Under the pieces are notes generated by a model that saw only the letters and a program-made list of their open reading frames with translations, was not told where the DNA came from and did no database searches. Positions 48,621 through 58,585 of a DNA stretch of 64,000 nucleotides are shown piece by piece. A program made the position numbers and the translations under genes. Numbering within the stretch: position 1 is the stretch's first letter; every line of letters starts with the position of its first letter. Source of the stretch: Candidatus Firestoneibacteriota bacterium. GTDB taxonomy: Bacteria > Oederibacteriota > D2-FULL-39-29. The DNA lies in the NCBI GenBank assembly GCA_026388015.1, contig JAPLKO010000047.1:108424-172423 (forward strand). The letters run 5' to 3'.

Positions 48621-49289
48621 CTATTTAACTATTGCAAGCACTAAAGCCAGGACGGCAACTCCGGAAGTCACTACCCCGAGATACTCCCACGAGATAATCC
48701 CCTCTGTCTGCCGGCCGGATTCTCTTGCCTTTATTTCATTTATTACTCTTTTTAATTCGATAGTGTCGGCAATATTGGAATCAATATTTGCTTTCAATAT
48801 TGAGAGCACTTCTTTAAGCGCTTTTATTTCGTCTGACTTTACCTTGATGTCGTCCTGGGATATTTCTAATTTTACTTTACAGGAATCGGAAAGCACCTTT
48901 AGAGAATCTAATATAAAACTGTCGTTCTCTGACTTTTTATTAAGAGCCGCAAACTCTTCTTTGACAGTCTCCAGGCTTAGATTGATTTTATCAAGACCCT
49001 TATCCGTTGAGGCAAGCATGTTTCTGTGATTTTCAACTACGGTATTTAAAGCCTTTAAAGCTGCCTGAAGCTCCAGATTGGACTTGCCAAGTTCGTCAAG
49101 TTTTTTTTGAGCGGCCTTAAGTTTTTCAATTTCTTTGCCTTGGGCCTCAAGTTGCGGTTTTAGATCTCCCGGTACAGTAACTGCAAGGGAGCCGTTAGAG
49201 GTTGCAGAAGTTGACGACACAACAATTGAATCCTCGGCCCCGGCGCAGCAGTAAAAAATAACTATTGCGCTTATTATCCTAATAACCAT
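48621..49289 (-). CDS. Coiled-coil protein with N-terminal signal/anchor and C-terminal TM helix, translationally coupled to nuoN
   Basis: Overlaps the nuoN stop by 11 nt. Heptad-rich centre and a C-terminal hydrophobic segment GVVTSGVAVLALVLAIV. Confidence 0.45.
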   Translation of the reverse strand: MVIRIISAIVIFYCCAGAEDSIVVSSTSATSNGSLAVTVPGDLKPQLEAQGKEIEKLKAAQKKLDELGKSNLELQAALKALNTVVENHRNMLASTDKGLDKINLSLETVKEEFAALNKKSENDSFILDSLKVLSDSCKVKLEISQDDIKVKSDEIKALKEVLSILKANIDSNIADTIELKRVINEIKARESGRQTEGIISWEYLGVVTSGVAVLALVLAIVK

Positions 49290-50754
49290 GAAAAGAACCT
49301 GTAAGCAACTGCACCGTCTTTTTCGCCAGGTTTAAGAATTGTTCCGGCAGCAGGCATATGTACAACACCATAAAAAGAGAACTGTAGATTATTATATTAA
49401 GAGAGAGGGAAGGTTTTATTGCTTCTGTAATCTTTTTCTCTTTTGCAAAATACATAAAATAGGCAATCCTGGCATAGAAATAGAGAGATACAACACTGTT
49501 TAACACTCCTATTACGGCAAGCCAGGTGTACCCGGAGTCAATTGCAGCACCCAGCACCAAAAGCTTCCCGAGAAAACCTGCCGTCGGAGGAACACCGGCA
49601 AGAGATATTAGAAAAACAAAGAAAACAAAAGCCAGCGCGGGACTGACAAGAGAGAGACCTCCGTAATCCCTTATATCGTCACTGCCTGTTTTATTATAAA
49701 TAGCTATCACAAAAGCAAAAGCTCCCATATTTGTAAAAAGGTACGCAAGTGTATAAATCAGCACCGATTGTACACCGAAAAGCCCGTAAGCCACAAAACC
49801 CATCATAATAAATCCTACGTGCGCAATCCCGGAGTAGGCAAGAAGCCTTTTGGCATTATTTTGCGTTAAGGCGACAAGATTACCCACAGTCATTGTTATC
49901 GCAGCAAGGAGAGCAAGAATCAAGTTAACATTTGAATTATCCGGTAGAATAGCCAGAAAAGTCCGAATTAATACGGCAACTCCGGCGCTTTTTGAAGCTA
50001 CAGAGAGAAACGCTGTTACCGGAGCAGGAGCGCCCTCATACGCATCCGGCGCCCACATATGAAAAGGAACCAGAGCTATTTTAAAGCCAAAACCTACCAG
50101 CATCAGAAGAAGACCAACAATAAAGAGATTCGATATTCCATGGGCTATCAAATATTGCTGGATAGAAGGAAAAGAGCTGGCGCCGGTAACCCCGACCAAA
50201 AAAGATGCGCCATACACAAATACCGCAGAAGAAAATGCTCCGATTAAAAAATATTTTACCGCCGCTTCCCGGCTCTTTGAGTCTTTCTTTACGAAGCCTA
50301 CAAGTACAAAGAACACTATACTTACAAACTCTATGCTTAAAAAGAGCATCAGAAGGTCGGAAGCGCCAGCCATAAGCATCATGCCAAGCGTGACCAGAAC
50401 CACCAGAGCGGTGTACTCTCCTATTTTATTATTTTCTAAAGCTTTATAATCCCTGCTCATAAGCAGCATAAATACGGCAGAAACGAGGATAATTATTTTG
50501 AAAAACCGGGCAAAAGAATCGACGACCAAGGCATTATTAAAAATATACATTCCTTGTTGGAAAAGAGCACCTATGGTAAGAAGAAGCGCTCCGGTAAGAC
50601 CAACAGCCGCAATGTCAAGAATATTTCTCTTTGATTTTACCGGCAGTATTAAATCAGCAATAATGATAAAGAAAGCCAAACACAAGACAAATACTTCCGG
50701 GGTCAAGGCAAGCAATCCTTGCATTATAGCTTCAGGAATAAAACCCTTTGTCAT
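49279..50754 (-). CDS. nuoN: NADH-quinone oxidoreductase subunit N (antiporter-like)
   Basis: 491 aa, 14 TM helices, in the NuoN/ND2 family. Confidence 0.85.
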   Translation of the reverse strand: MTKGFIPEAIMQGLLALTPEVFVLCLAFFIIIADLILPVKSKRNILDIAAVGLTGALLLTIGALFQQGMYIFNNALVVDSFARFFKIIILVSAVFMLLMSRDYKALENNKIGEYTALVVLVTLGMMLMAGASDLLMLFLSIEFVSIVFFVLVGFVKKDSKSREAAVKYFLIGAFSSAVFVYGASFLVGVTGASSFPSIQQYLIAHGISNLFIVGLLLMLVGFGFKIALVPFHMWAPDAYEGAPAPVTAFLSVASKSAGVAVLIRTFLAILPDNSNVNLILALLAAITMTVGNLVALTQNNAKRLLAYSGIAHVGFIMMGFVAYGLFGVQSVLIYTLAYLFTNMGAFAFVIAIYNKTGSDDIRDYGGLSLVSPALAFVFFVFLISLAGVPPTAGFLGKLLVLGAAIDSGYTWLAVIGVLNSVVSLYFYARIAYFMYFAKEKKITEAIKPSLSLNIIIYSSLFMVLYICLLPEQFLNLAKKTVQLLTGSFHGY

Positions 50755-52244
50755 ACTTTTACTCCGAGTATCGAAACAAGAGACTTAACGCTTTCAACTG
50801 AGATACCTGACGCAATAACTGGCAGGATGCCTAGAAGAACCATCAGAACCATGAGGGGAGCAATTGCTATCATTTCCCGCATATTCATATCAGGAATATC
50901 CTTCCATTTATCATTTATCGGTCCCAAAAATACTTTCTGAATCATTATAAGGAAATAGCCGGCGGTAATAACAAGCCCGGCAACCGATAGAGCCGTGAAG
51001 GTTTTGTACACAACGGGATTAAGCGTAGAACTGAAAGCGCCGGAGAAACACATAAATTCGGAAACAAAGCCGGCTAAACCGGGAAGACCCATAGAACCAA
51101 GACAGGCAAATATCATAAGAGCCGAATAAACAGGCATCTTATTCATCAGCCCGCCAAAGCCGTCAATATCACGGCTGTGGGTACGGTCATAAATCACGCC
51201 GACTAAAAAGAACAGTGCTGAAGTGATAACTCCGTGAGTCACCATCTGAAGTATAGCCCCGTTTAAGCCGACAGTAGACATGGCAGCTATACCGAGCAAA
51301 CAGTACCCCATATGATTAACCGAAGAGTACGCTATCATCTTTTTCAAATCTTTCTGCGCCATAGCAACGAAAGCCCCGTAAACAATATTTATAAAAGCCA
51401 GTATCAGAAGAGGTATTGCAAAATATTTGGCAGCATCAGGAAGAATAGTATAGCTTATCCGAAGCAGTCCGTAAGTACCCATCTTGAGCAGGACACCTGC
51501 AAGTATTACGGAAACCGCAGTAGGAGCTTCTACGTGCGCGTCAGGCAACCAGGTATGAAACGGAAAAACAGGGACTTTGATTGCAAAACCGATAAATAGA
51601 GCAATATAAACGATATACTGCTGAAAGCCGGGAGTAAGGCCGTGAATCCTGGATAATTCCATAATATCAAAAGTGCGTGTAGCCGCAGGAACAGACAGAT
51701 AAAGCGCAAGAATTCCGAGAAGCATTATCACGGAACCAAATAAAGTGTACAAAAAGAACTTAATTGCGGCGTACTCTTTTCTCGGTCCGCCCCAAATGCC
51801 TATTAAGAAGTACATAGGAACCAATGTGAGCTCCCAAAATATATAAAAAAGGAAGAAATCAAGAGCCACAAAGACTCCTAGCATTCCGGTTTCCAGAAGG
51901 AGAAAGAAAAAGAAATACTCCTTCACTCTCTCTTTAATATTAAAAGAGTAAACTGCGGCAAGAAAGGAAAGAAACGGCGTAAGTACGAGCATCGCCATAG
52001 ACAAACCGTCCAATCCCATAAAATAGGAGATACCAAAAGACGGTATCCAGGATGCCTTTTCCACAAGCTGAAGTTCTGCAGTATTTCTATTGAAGATATA
52101 AAACACATAAAAACCAAGAACCATGGTCAGAAAGGTAATCCCCGCAGAAATCCATCTGACCAGATTATCCTTCCCCTTCGGCGCAAACAATATAAGCACT
52201 GCACCGAAAAGCGGTAAGAATGTAATTAAAGTTAAAATCGGCAT
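50751..52244 (-). CDS. nuoM: NADH-quinone oxidoreductase subunit M
   Basis: 497 aa in the NuoM/ND4 family. WLPDAHVEAPT motif. Confidence 0.85.
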   Translation of the reverse strand: MPILTLITFLPLFGAVLILFAPKGKDNLVRWISAGITFLTMVLGFYVFYIFNRNTAELQLVEKASWIPSFGISYFMGLDGLSMAMLVLTPFLSFLAAVYSFNIKERVKEYFFFFLLLETGMLGVFVALDFFLFYIFWELTLVPMYFLIGIWGGPRKEYAAIKFFLYTLFGSVIMLLGILALYLSVPAATRTFDIMELSRIHGLTPGFQQYIVYIALFIGFAIKVPVFPFHTWLPDAHVEAPTAVSVILAGVLLKMGTYGLLRISYTILPDAAKYFAIPLLILAFINIVYGAFVAMAQKDLKKMIAYSSVNHMGYCLLGIAAMSTVGLNGAILQMVTHGVITSALFFLVGVIYDRTHSRDIDGFGGLMNKMPVYSALMIFACLGSMGLPGLAGFVSEFMCFSGAFSSTLNPVVYKTFTALSVAGLVITAGYFLIMIQKVFLGPINDKWKDIPDMNMREMIAIAPLMVLMVLLGILPVIASGISVESVKSLVSILGVKV

Positions 52245-52266
52245 ACAACCTCCAGAATTTAAATAA

Positions 52267-54231
52267 TTATTTAAATATTACCCTAAGCATTATTACTATA
52301 AATAACCCGACAACAGAAATAAGAATATAATTTTGAACAAATCCCGTCTGCAGCTGTTTTAGGAGCTCACCGCTTTTATTGGCAATCCAACCGGCACCGT
52401 TCACTGCGCCGTCCACATAACCTTTATCAAAGGCATTCTGAATTTTACTCATAAGGAGAGTCATAAAGCCGGAACCATTCACCGCCCCGTCCACTATTTT
52501 CTGGTCAAATTTAAAGAAAAACCCGGCAAGACGTTTAGAGGGATTAATAAATACGATTTCGTACAGTTCGTCTATATAATATTTATTTAGAAGAAGTTTA
52601 TGAACAGGGGCCATCTTCTCAGCAAGATACTCGGGAGATATCTTTTTCAGGTAATACATAAAGAAAGCGAGAGTAATGCCGAGAACTGCAACAGCCAGGG
52701 ACATGTACAAGACAAAATGAGAGCCTCCATGTCCTCCCTCGGGCACAACCGCTTCCTTTAAACCAAAGTACACAAGCTTTTCAAATGAATGTCCGGAAAC
52801 AAAGAGCACACCGGAAACAACAGAGAGCAGAGCAAGAACCATCAAAGGTATAGTCATAGTTTTCGGAGACTCATGAGGATGAAGTTCCGACCGCATTTTA
52901 CCGGTAAAAGTCATAAAGAATAATCTAAACATATAAAAGGCCGTTATTAAAGCGGTAAGAGTGCCTACCGCATAAATAAGATAATGTCCGCTGTTGAAGG
53001 CTGCAGAAAGCACTTCTTCTTTAGAGTAAAACCCGGAGAACGGCGGTATTCCGGCAATCGCCAAGCATGCTATTAAAAAAGTAACCATAGTAATTTTCAT
53101 CTTCTTGCCAAGTCCGCCCATCTCTCTTATATCCTGTGTGCCTGCGCCGTGAATTACGGAACCGGCTCCCAAAAACAAAAGGGCCTTAAAAAAAGCATGT
53201 GTAGTAAGATGAAACATTCCGGCCGTGTAACCGCCGACGCCAAGAGCCATTATCATATAGCCGAGTTGACTTACGGTGGAGAAAGCAAGAACGCGTTTTA
53301 TATCATACGCCACCAGCGCCATTGAAGCCGCAAAGATAGCGGTAAAAGCGCCTGTATAGGCTACAACCTCCATAGCCAGAGGAGCATGCATATAGATGAA
53401 GAAAGTCCTGGCAACCAGATATACTCCCGCGGCGACCATTGTAGCGGCATGAATCAACGCCGATACCGGAGTCGGACCTTCCATCGCATCAGGAAGCCAA
53501 ACATGCAAAGGAAACTGCGCAGATTTTCCGACCGCTCCGAAGAAGATCAGAATACCAATCCAGTTTAGAGTAGCTACTGAAACACTACCCGAAGCAATCC
53601 CCGTATTAAGAAGTTCTCCCAGCTCTTTAAAGTTAAACGTGCCAAAAACAGTAAATATCAGCATCAATCCTATAAAGAAACCCAGGTCACCGACTTTGGT
53701 AGTAATAAAAGCTTTCTTACCCGCATCGGAGGCGCTCTTTTTTTCATACCAGAACCCGATTAAAAGATAAGAAAAGAGCCCTACCAGCTCCCAGCTGATA
53801 AATAGAAGTAAAAAGTTATTCGCAAGTATCAGACCAAGCATTGCGACTGTAAACATCGAAAGGTAGGCGTAGTATCTTGAGTACCGGCTATCCCCGCGCA
53901 TATAACCGATCGAATATATCTTAACAAGCAGACTCACTGTGGTCACAACGACCAGCATTACGGCAGTCAGACCGTCAACCATAATCCCGAGCCTAACGCC
54001 GTTATCCCCAAAACTTAACCAGTCAAATTTAAACTCCGCCATCTTTTCCCCACCTGACACCATACCGAAGAAAAGATACAGAGAGATTATAAAGGAGCCT
54101 GAGATTGCAGCAATAGAGATGTAGGCTGATTTAGTTGCAAGCTTTTTACCGAAGAATATATTTACTATAAAAGCCAGTAACGGCAACAGAGGAATAAGGA
54201 TTAATAAAACCAGCAAATTTTTCTCTACCAT
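52267..54231 (-). CDS. nuoL: NADH-quinone oxidoreductase subunit L
   Basis: 654 aa. HVWLPDAMEGPTPVSALIHAATMV, with the long C-terminal extension typical of NuoL. Confidence 0.9.
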   Translation of the reverse strand: MVEKNLLVLLILIPLLPLLAFIVNIFFGKKLATKSAYISIAAISGSFIISLYLFFGMVSGGEKMAEFKFDWLSFGDNGVRLGIMVDGLTAVMLVVVTTVSLLVKIYSIGYMRGDSRYSRYYAYLSMFTVAMLGLILANNFLLLFISWELVGLFSYLLIGFWYEKKSASDAGKKAFITTKVGDLGFFIGLMLIFTVFGTFNFKELGELLNTGIASGSVSVATLNWIGILIFFGAVGKSAQFPLHVWLPDAMEGPTPVSALIHAATMVAAGVYLVARTFFIYMHAPLAMEVVAYTGAFTAIFAASMALVAYDIKRVLAFSTVSQLGYMIMALGVGGYTAGMFHLTTHAFFKALLFLGAGSVIHGAGTQDIREMGGLGKKMKITMVTFLIACLAIAGIPPFSGFYSKEEVLSAAFNSGHYLIYAVGTLTALITAFYMFRLFFMTFTGKMRSELHPHESPKTMTIPLMVLALLSVVSGVLFVSGHSFEKLVYFGLKEAVVPEGGHGGSHFVLYMSLAVAVLGITLAFFMYYLKKISPEYLAEKMAPVHKLLLNKYYIDELYEIVFINPSKRLAGFFFKFDQKIVDGAVNGSGFMTLLMSKIQNAFDKGYVDGAVNGAGWIANKSGELLKQLQTGFVQNYILISVVGLFIVIMLRVIFK

Positions 54232-54539
54232 TTCAGAAGTTCCATTTTTTCAACATTAACACTCTTAATATTTCTGTAGATTGCAAGAATGAGAGCCAGA
54301 CCTACGGCCGTCTCCGCCGCTGCCAGGGTAATAATGAATATCGGGAAAATTATACCGATAGAAGCTTCCAGATGCATAAATTTGTTAAACGCCACTAAAT
54401 TGATATTTGCCGCATTAAACATAATCTCTATAGCCATAAGAATTCCGATGGCGTTTCTTCTGGTTAAAACTCCGTACACCCCGATTAAAAAAAGCACCAG
54501 ACTTACTATTATTACCGTATAAAAATATAGATTACTCAT
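54225..54539 (-). CDS. nuoK: NADH-quinone oxidoreductase subunit K
   Basis: 104 aa, three TM helices, in the NuoK/ND4L family. Confidence 0.85.
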   Translation of the reverse strand: MSNLYFYTVIIVSLVLFLIGVYGVLTRRNAIGILMAIEIMFNAANINLVAFNKFMHLEASIGIIFPIFIITLAAAETAVGLALILAIYRNIKSVNVEKMELLKW

Positions 54540-55056
54540 CTTTTTTCCCCACTATAGCCATTGCGCCTATCAAAGCCGCAAGGAGAACAATAGACGCCAC
54601 CTCAAAAGGAAGTACATAAACGGTCATTAAAAGCCAACCGACAGATTTTGCTGTTCCGCCCGGCAAAAGAGTATTTTCAAAACCCTGAAGCCCTGAGATA
54701 AGGATAGAATACGAAAGCATAATAAAGAGAAGAGCGCATACAATAAGCGCAGAATATTTTTGTTCATTGGTTTGCTGTAACAGACTGCTGGATACCCTTG
54801 CCGTGAGCATCACAGCAAAGAGAATAAGAACAATAACCCCGCCCACATATAGAAGTATCTGAACAATACCGAGGAAATCAGCATCAAAGATGAAGAAAAA
54901 AGCGGCAACGGAGAGTAAAAACACCGCAAGAAACAACGCCGAATGCATTACGCTCCGAACCGAAACTACAAGGAACGCCGAAGCAACGGCGACAACCGCA
55001 AACAAGAGGAAAACGCCGTATGTTACTATAGAGTCGCTAATGAAAGAAAAATCCAT
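54532..55056 (-). CDS. nuoJ: NADH-quinone oxidoreductase subunit J
   Basis: 174 aa. LPFEVASIVLLAALIGAMAI is an ND6 signature. Confidence 0.8.
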   Translation of the reverse strand: MDFSFISDSIVTYGVFLLFAVVAVASAFLVVSVRSVMHSALFLAVFLLSVAAFFFIFDADFLGIVQILLYVGGVIVLILFAVMLTARVSSSLLQQTNEQKYSALIVCALLFIMLSYSILISGLQGFENTLLPGGTAKSVGWLLMTVYVLPFEVASIVLLAALIGAMAIVGKKDE

Positions 55057-55152
55057 TCATTCTCCTTGAACAAACAAGTAACGGCTTATAAACCCCCATA
55101 AGCCGTTAGTTTGAAATTATAACATTTCCACACATGTTTTTTCAAGCAGAAA

Positions 55153-55262
55153 CAGAAGATATGATAATATAGTAAGCCAAAAGCCCCGGCACAAAACCTA
55201 TTATGAACGTTATTATAGGATTTATAGTTTATTTTATCCTAAACACGGCAGGTTTTTAATGA
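55153..55262. repeat. Copy B of the rmuC 5'/leader duplication. The start codon is decayed (ATG to ATA). It lies about 100 nt upstream of nuoJ.
   Basis: Aligned by eye to 37141..37262. Confidence 0.8.
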
Positions 55263-55268
55263 CTTAAC

Positions 55269-56087
55269 CTACTTGGCAAGCAGTGCTTTTGTTTCCTTGA
55301 TAGCTTTAGCGGCTATCTGTTCCATCTTTATTTTTTCCGCGAACTCTATTTTTATAGAGTAATCTTTCGCTCCGGGATCTTTATCTCTCTTATACGGATA
55401 ATAAGAAGTTGGCATACCTTTGGGTTCATCCTGGAATATTGAGGAGTAAAGAACTATTGCACTTAATACCGAGCCATATTCAGAAGGATGTGAGTTATCC
55501 TTATCATGCAGAATAATATCAGGAACTTCTTTTCTCATCATATTCCAGGCAGTACCGACAGGTGATAACTCCGCCCCGGTATCCTCAGCGAGCCTCAGAT
55601 AAGCTTTTTTAATATGTGAGTACATATTCGGAATCTCTTTCTCTGCAAGTTTCTTATTTTTTTTATTTTTGCTTTTTTTGATCCAGTCCGGCATGCCTTT
55701 ATACTCCCACGTCATAAAAAATACGGTTCTGGCACCTGACTTATTTATCTCCTCGTAAAGTTTTTTCCCGTACTCTATAAGCTCTTCGGGATTACTTACC
55801 GGCTCAAAACTTGAACTTTGCAGAACTACAACATCATACTTGTTATTTCTTATCATTCCAAGGCATTCTTTGCTTCCATAATGATCGCTAAAAACAGTGC
55901 TTCCCGGAAGATATTCATCTATCCTAACCTTCCTGTTTTTATGATAAGCTATCTGTCCCACCAGGTCGTTTATATTATGGAAAAACGTAAGACTGTTTCC
56001 AATAAACAGCACCTTTAACGGTTTATTACTCTTGGTCTCTGCATTTAGAGGGTTGGTCGAAAATATCAGAATAGTGGAAAGAAGCAA
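55269..56087 (-). CDS. SGNH/GDSL-like hydrolase family protein (secreted)
   Basis: Signal-like N-terminus and a VLFIGNSLT block (the GDSL-type block I Ser). Roughly 270 aa, as in DUF4886/SGNH proteins. Confidence 0.5.
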   Translation of the reverse strand: MLLSTILIFSTNPLNAETKSNKPLKVLFIGNSLTFFHNINDLVGQIAYHKNRKVRIDEYLPGSTVFSDHYGSKECLGMIRNNKYDVVVLQSSSFEPVSNPEELIEYGKKLYEEINKSGARTVFFMTWEYKGMPDWIKKSKNKKNKKLAEKEIPNMYSHIKKAYLRLAEDTGAELSPVGTAWNMMRKEVPDIILHDKDNSHPSEYGSVLSAIVLYSSIFQDEPKGMPTSYYPYKRDKDPGAKDYSIKIEFAEKIKMEQIAAKAIKETKALLAK

Positions 56088-56146
56088 CTTTATTTAAGAA
56101 GATTAAAGAGGGTGACCGTAAAGCCACCCTCTTCCTATAATATTGT

Positions 56147-57151
56147 TTACTTGCAAGCTTCCAGGAAAGTTTCATAGGCCCACGTGTTCCACTCCGGATC
56201 AACTCCTATTCCGTGAAGATCTCCGTAGTTTTGCGCAATCAAGCCGCCGTTTTTGCCGTTGAAAAGCCGTATCATATCTCTGGCTGTTTGCTGGATAAGT
56301 TTTTTATCTCCGGTCGGAAGAACTTTCTGCACATCAACAGGGGATTTTAAAACCACTTTGTTTTCCTGTAGATACTTCGCCAGTTTTTCCATTCCGTACA
56401 GGGTCGGCTGGTCGAACTGAAACGCGCTGACACCGGCTTCTATAAGATAAGGAAGTATCGCCCAGTTATAACCACAGGAGTGCATCTCAACCGAAAGACC
56501 TCTCTGCCTTGCCGCTTTGAAAAGACGTTTATGGTGAGGCAGGAATATATCTTTGAACATATCAGGAGATATTAAAGTACGGTCCTGAATTCCCCAGTCC
56601 TCGGCAAAAGCAATTCCGTCGGCGCCTATTTCTGCGGCTCTTATTATTACTCTTTCAAAAGTATCCGCAACAATTGCATGGAGTTTATCTATATTCTTCC
56701 TTTCGAGCACCAGGTCTTCCAGGTAAACTTCCATTTTGCGGAGATACCGGCTGGCAGAAAACATAAAGCCGTTAAGTCCGACGACACGGTAATGCTGATC
56801 ATTATCTTTTTCCCATTTCGCTTTTAACAGTTCAAAATCCGGAGAACTTGCAAAATCCGGCGCTTTATATGTTTTCAGATCGTTCCAGTCTGCTATTGCA
56901 GGTTTAAAAACCTCGCCGCCGGCGCTAAAGCCCTTAATCCGGTGCCAGACGTTTCCCCACGGATCATCATAATACTCAAACTTTTCATCTTCCCATTTCT
57001 TTACTTCCCAGCCCTTGGGATTCGGTCTCGTTCTTGAAAAATCACACATACAGTCAGGATAGTTCATAACTTTAGTGAAGTTCATTCCTATCCTGTCCGG
57101 TCCTGAAAAACTCATATGCCTTTTTATTACTTCCCTGGGTGTCTGCTTCAT
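56147..57151 (-). CDS. Uroporphyrinogen-decarboxylase (URO-D) superfamily protein, MtaA/CmuA-like methyltransferase-type
   Basis: ISPDMFKDIFLPHHKRLFKAARQRGLSVEMHSCGYNWAILPYLIEAGVSAFQFD matches the URO-D / MT2 core, including the HxCG zinc motif. Confidence 0.55.
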   Translation of the reverse strand: MKQTPREVIKRHMSFSGPDRIGMNFTKVMNYPDCMCDFSRTRPNPKGWEVKKWEDEKFEYYDDPWGNVWHRIKGFSAGGEVFKPAIADWNDLKTYKAPDFASSPDFELLKAKWEKDNDQHYRVVGLNGFMFSASRYLRKMEVYLEDLVLERKNIDKLHAIVADTFERVIIRAAEIGADGIAFAEDWGIQDRTLISPDMFKDIFLPHHKRLFKAARQRGLSVEMHSCGYNWAILPYLIEAGVSAFQFDQPTLYGMEKLAKYLQENKVVLKSPVDVQKVLPTGDKKLIQQTARDMIRLFNGKNGGLIAQNYGDLHGIGVDPEWNTWAYETFLEACK

Positions 57152-57252
57152 TTCTTCTTGTCCTCATTTTCAAAAAGTATAATTTATTTTACTGTAAAGT
57201 TACGAGAAAAGTCGTTTTAACCGCGCCTCTGCGCCTCCGACCATCCGCGCAT

Positions 57253-58494
57253 CTATTGCATCACTTCCTGCGCCGCTTCTGCCCATTCTTTAAGTACATT
57301 CGGATTTCCGTTTACGTTGTGAATGTCGCTCAAGTTCAGATCAAATATCGAACCTTTTGCGGCATCCACCAGTTTTTTTATGGATCTTTTGATATCATCT
57401 TTACTCATTCCAAAGAATACTTTTCCCGGGTGATCATGCACCTCATATACAAATGCATCTTTTGTTTCTTCTCTGATAGATTTAACATCAGACCAGGGGG
57501 AAATATGAAAGCGTCTCAGATTAGAAAGCGTCTTTATCACAGAAGCCTTCTGATCCAGAGGTTCACACCCGTGATAGTAAACGGTCTTGCCGGTAAACAA
57601 GGCGGCTAATTTTTCATTGTACGGATGGACAAACTCCGCATACATATCCGGACCAAGCCCGCTTGCGGTCTGGGCAGAAACATAAGCCCATTCATCCGCC
57701 AGCTTTAAATTATTTTTGTCATACCCTTCCCGGAGATAAGAAGCATGCACTCTCCAACCGAAAGCAAGATATTTGTTATCCATAGAAGGCGCCTTAATCC
57801 AACCTTTTTCTTCCCTGTTTTTATGATGGACCAACAGCGCATCCGTAATCAGGGTCATAAGTTCGTGTACTTTTTCCGGAGTATCTATAACATCATAAAG
57901 GAGGGTTTCCAAACCTCGAAACTCGACAGCAAAATCAAAAGGCGAGTACCCCATATTTTTATATTGTACAGATACTGTTAACTTCCCGTCTGTAAGCTCC
58001 TTAGCCCGGGTTACAAGATCGGCTGTTTTCTTATCATCAATGAGCACATCGGTAAATTTTATTTTTTCATTGGCAAAACCTTCTTTAAAAGGCGGGTCTA
58101 TCTGCTTTGCATGTTCGGGATTATCGTCCCCAATCCATTTAAGAGGAACTCCCCAGTCAAAGGATTTGGAAACAGGAGCATTCACCTGGATCAGGGGCCA
58201 CACAATATGATCATCCGGAACATTTTTAGCCATCCAGAGCCGTTTCCTAAGATCAAACTCAATATCTTGCGCGAGTTTAGACGCTGCTTTTAGGCAGTTT
58301 TTGCCGAGCATTAACTCCCACTGGGTTGAAGGGATGCCTTCGTAATATACGGAAACCGGTGTTTTGCCCGCGGGTTTCAGCGCCTGATGCCCGGCCCAAA
58401 GCTCTTTCTTTGTCGTTTCTTTAGGCAACGCTGCCAATTTAAGAAGTTCATCAACCAGCGGCTTAAATATCTCTTTTTCCTGCTTTAGCTCCAT
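57253..58494 (-). CDS. URO-D-like superfamily protein (413 aa), paralog of 61227..62465
   Basis: N-terminal ELWAGHQALKPAGKTPVSV (URO-D DRxPVW-like). Core MYAEFVHPYNEKLAALFTGKTVYYHGCEP aligns with the 334-aa URO-D-like protein. Confidence 0.45.
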   Translation of the reverse strand: MELKQEKEIFKPLVDELLKLAALPKETTKKELWAGHQALKPAGKTPVSVYYEGIPSTQWELMLGKNCLKAASKLAQDIEFDLRKRLWMAKNVPDDHIVWPLIQVNAPVSKSFDWGVPLKWIGDDNPEHAKQIDPPFKEGFANEKIKFTDVLIDDKKTADLVTRAKELTDGKLTVSVQYKNMGYSPFDFAVEFRGLETLLYDVIDTPEKVHELMTLITDALLVHHKNREEKGWIKAPSMDNKYLAFGWRVHASYLREGYDKNNLKLADEWAYVSAQTASGLGPDMYAEFVHPYNEKLAALFTGKTVYYHGCEPLDQKASVIKTLSNLRRFHISPWSDVKSIREETKDAFVYEVHDHPGKVFFGMSKDDIKRSIKKLVDAAKGSIFDLNLSDIHNVNGNPNVLKEWAEAAQEVMQ

Positions 58495-58585
58495 TTAATG
58501 CTCCTTGTCGAATCATAACTCTATTTTTTTACAATTTAAACCCGTTATTACCCCTTATATAAGGCGGTGTAATACAGAAAACGGG

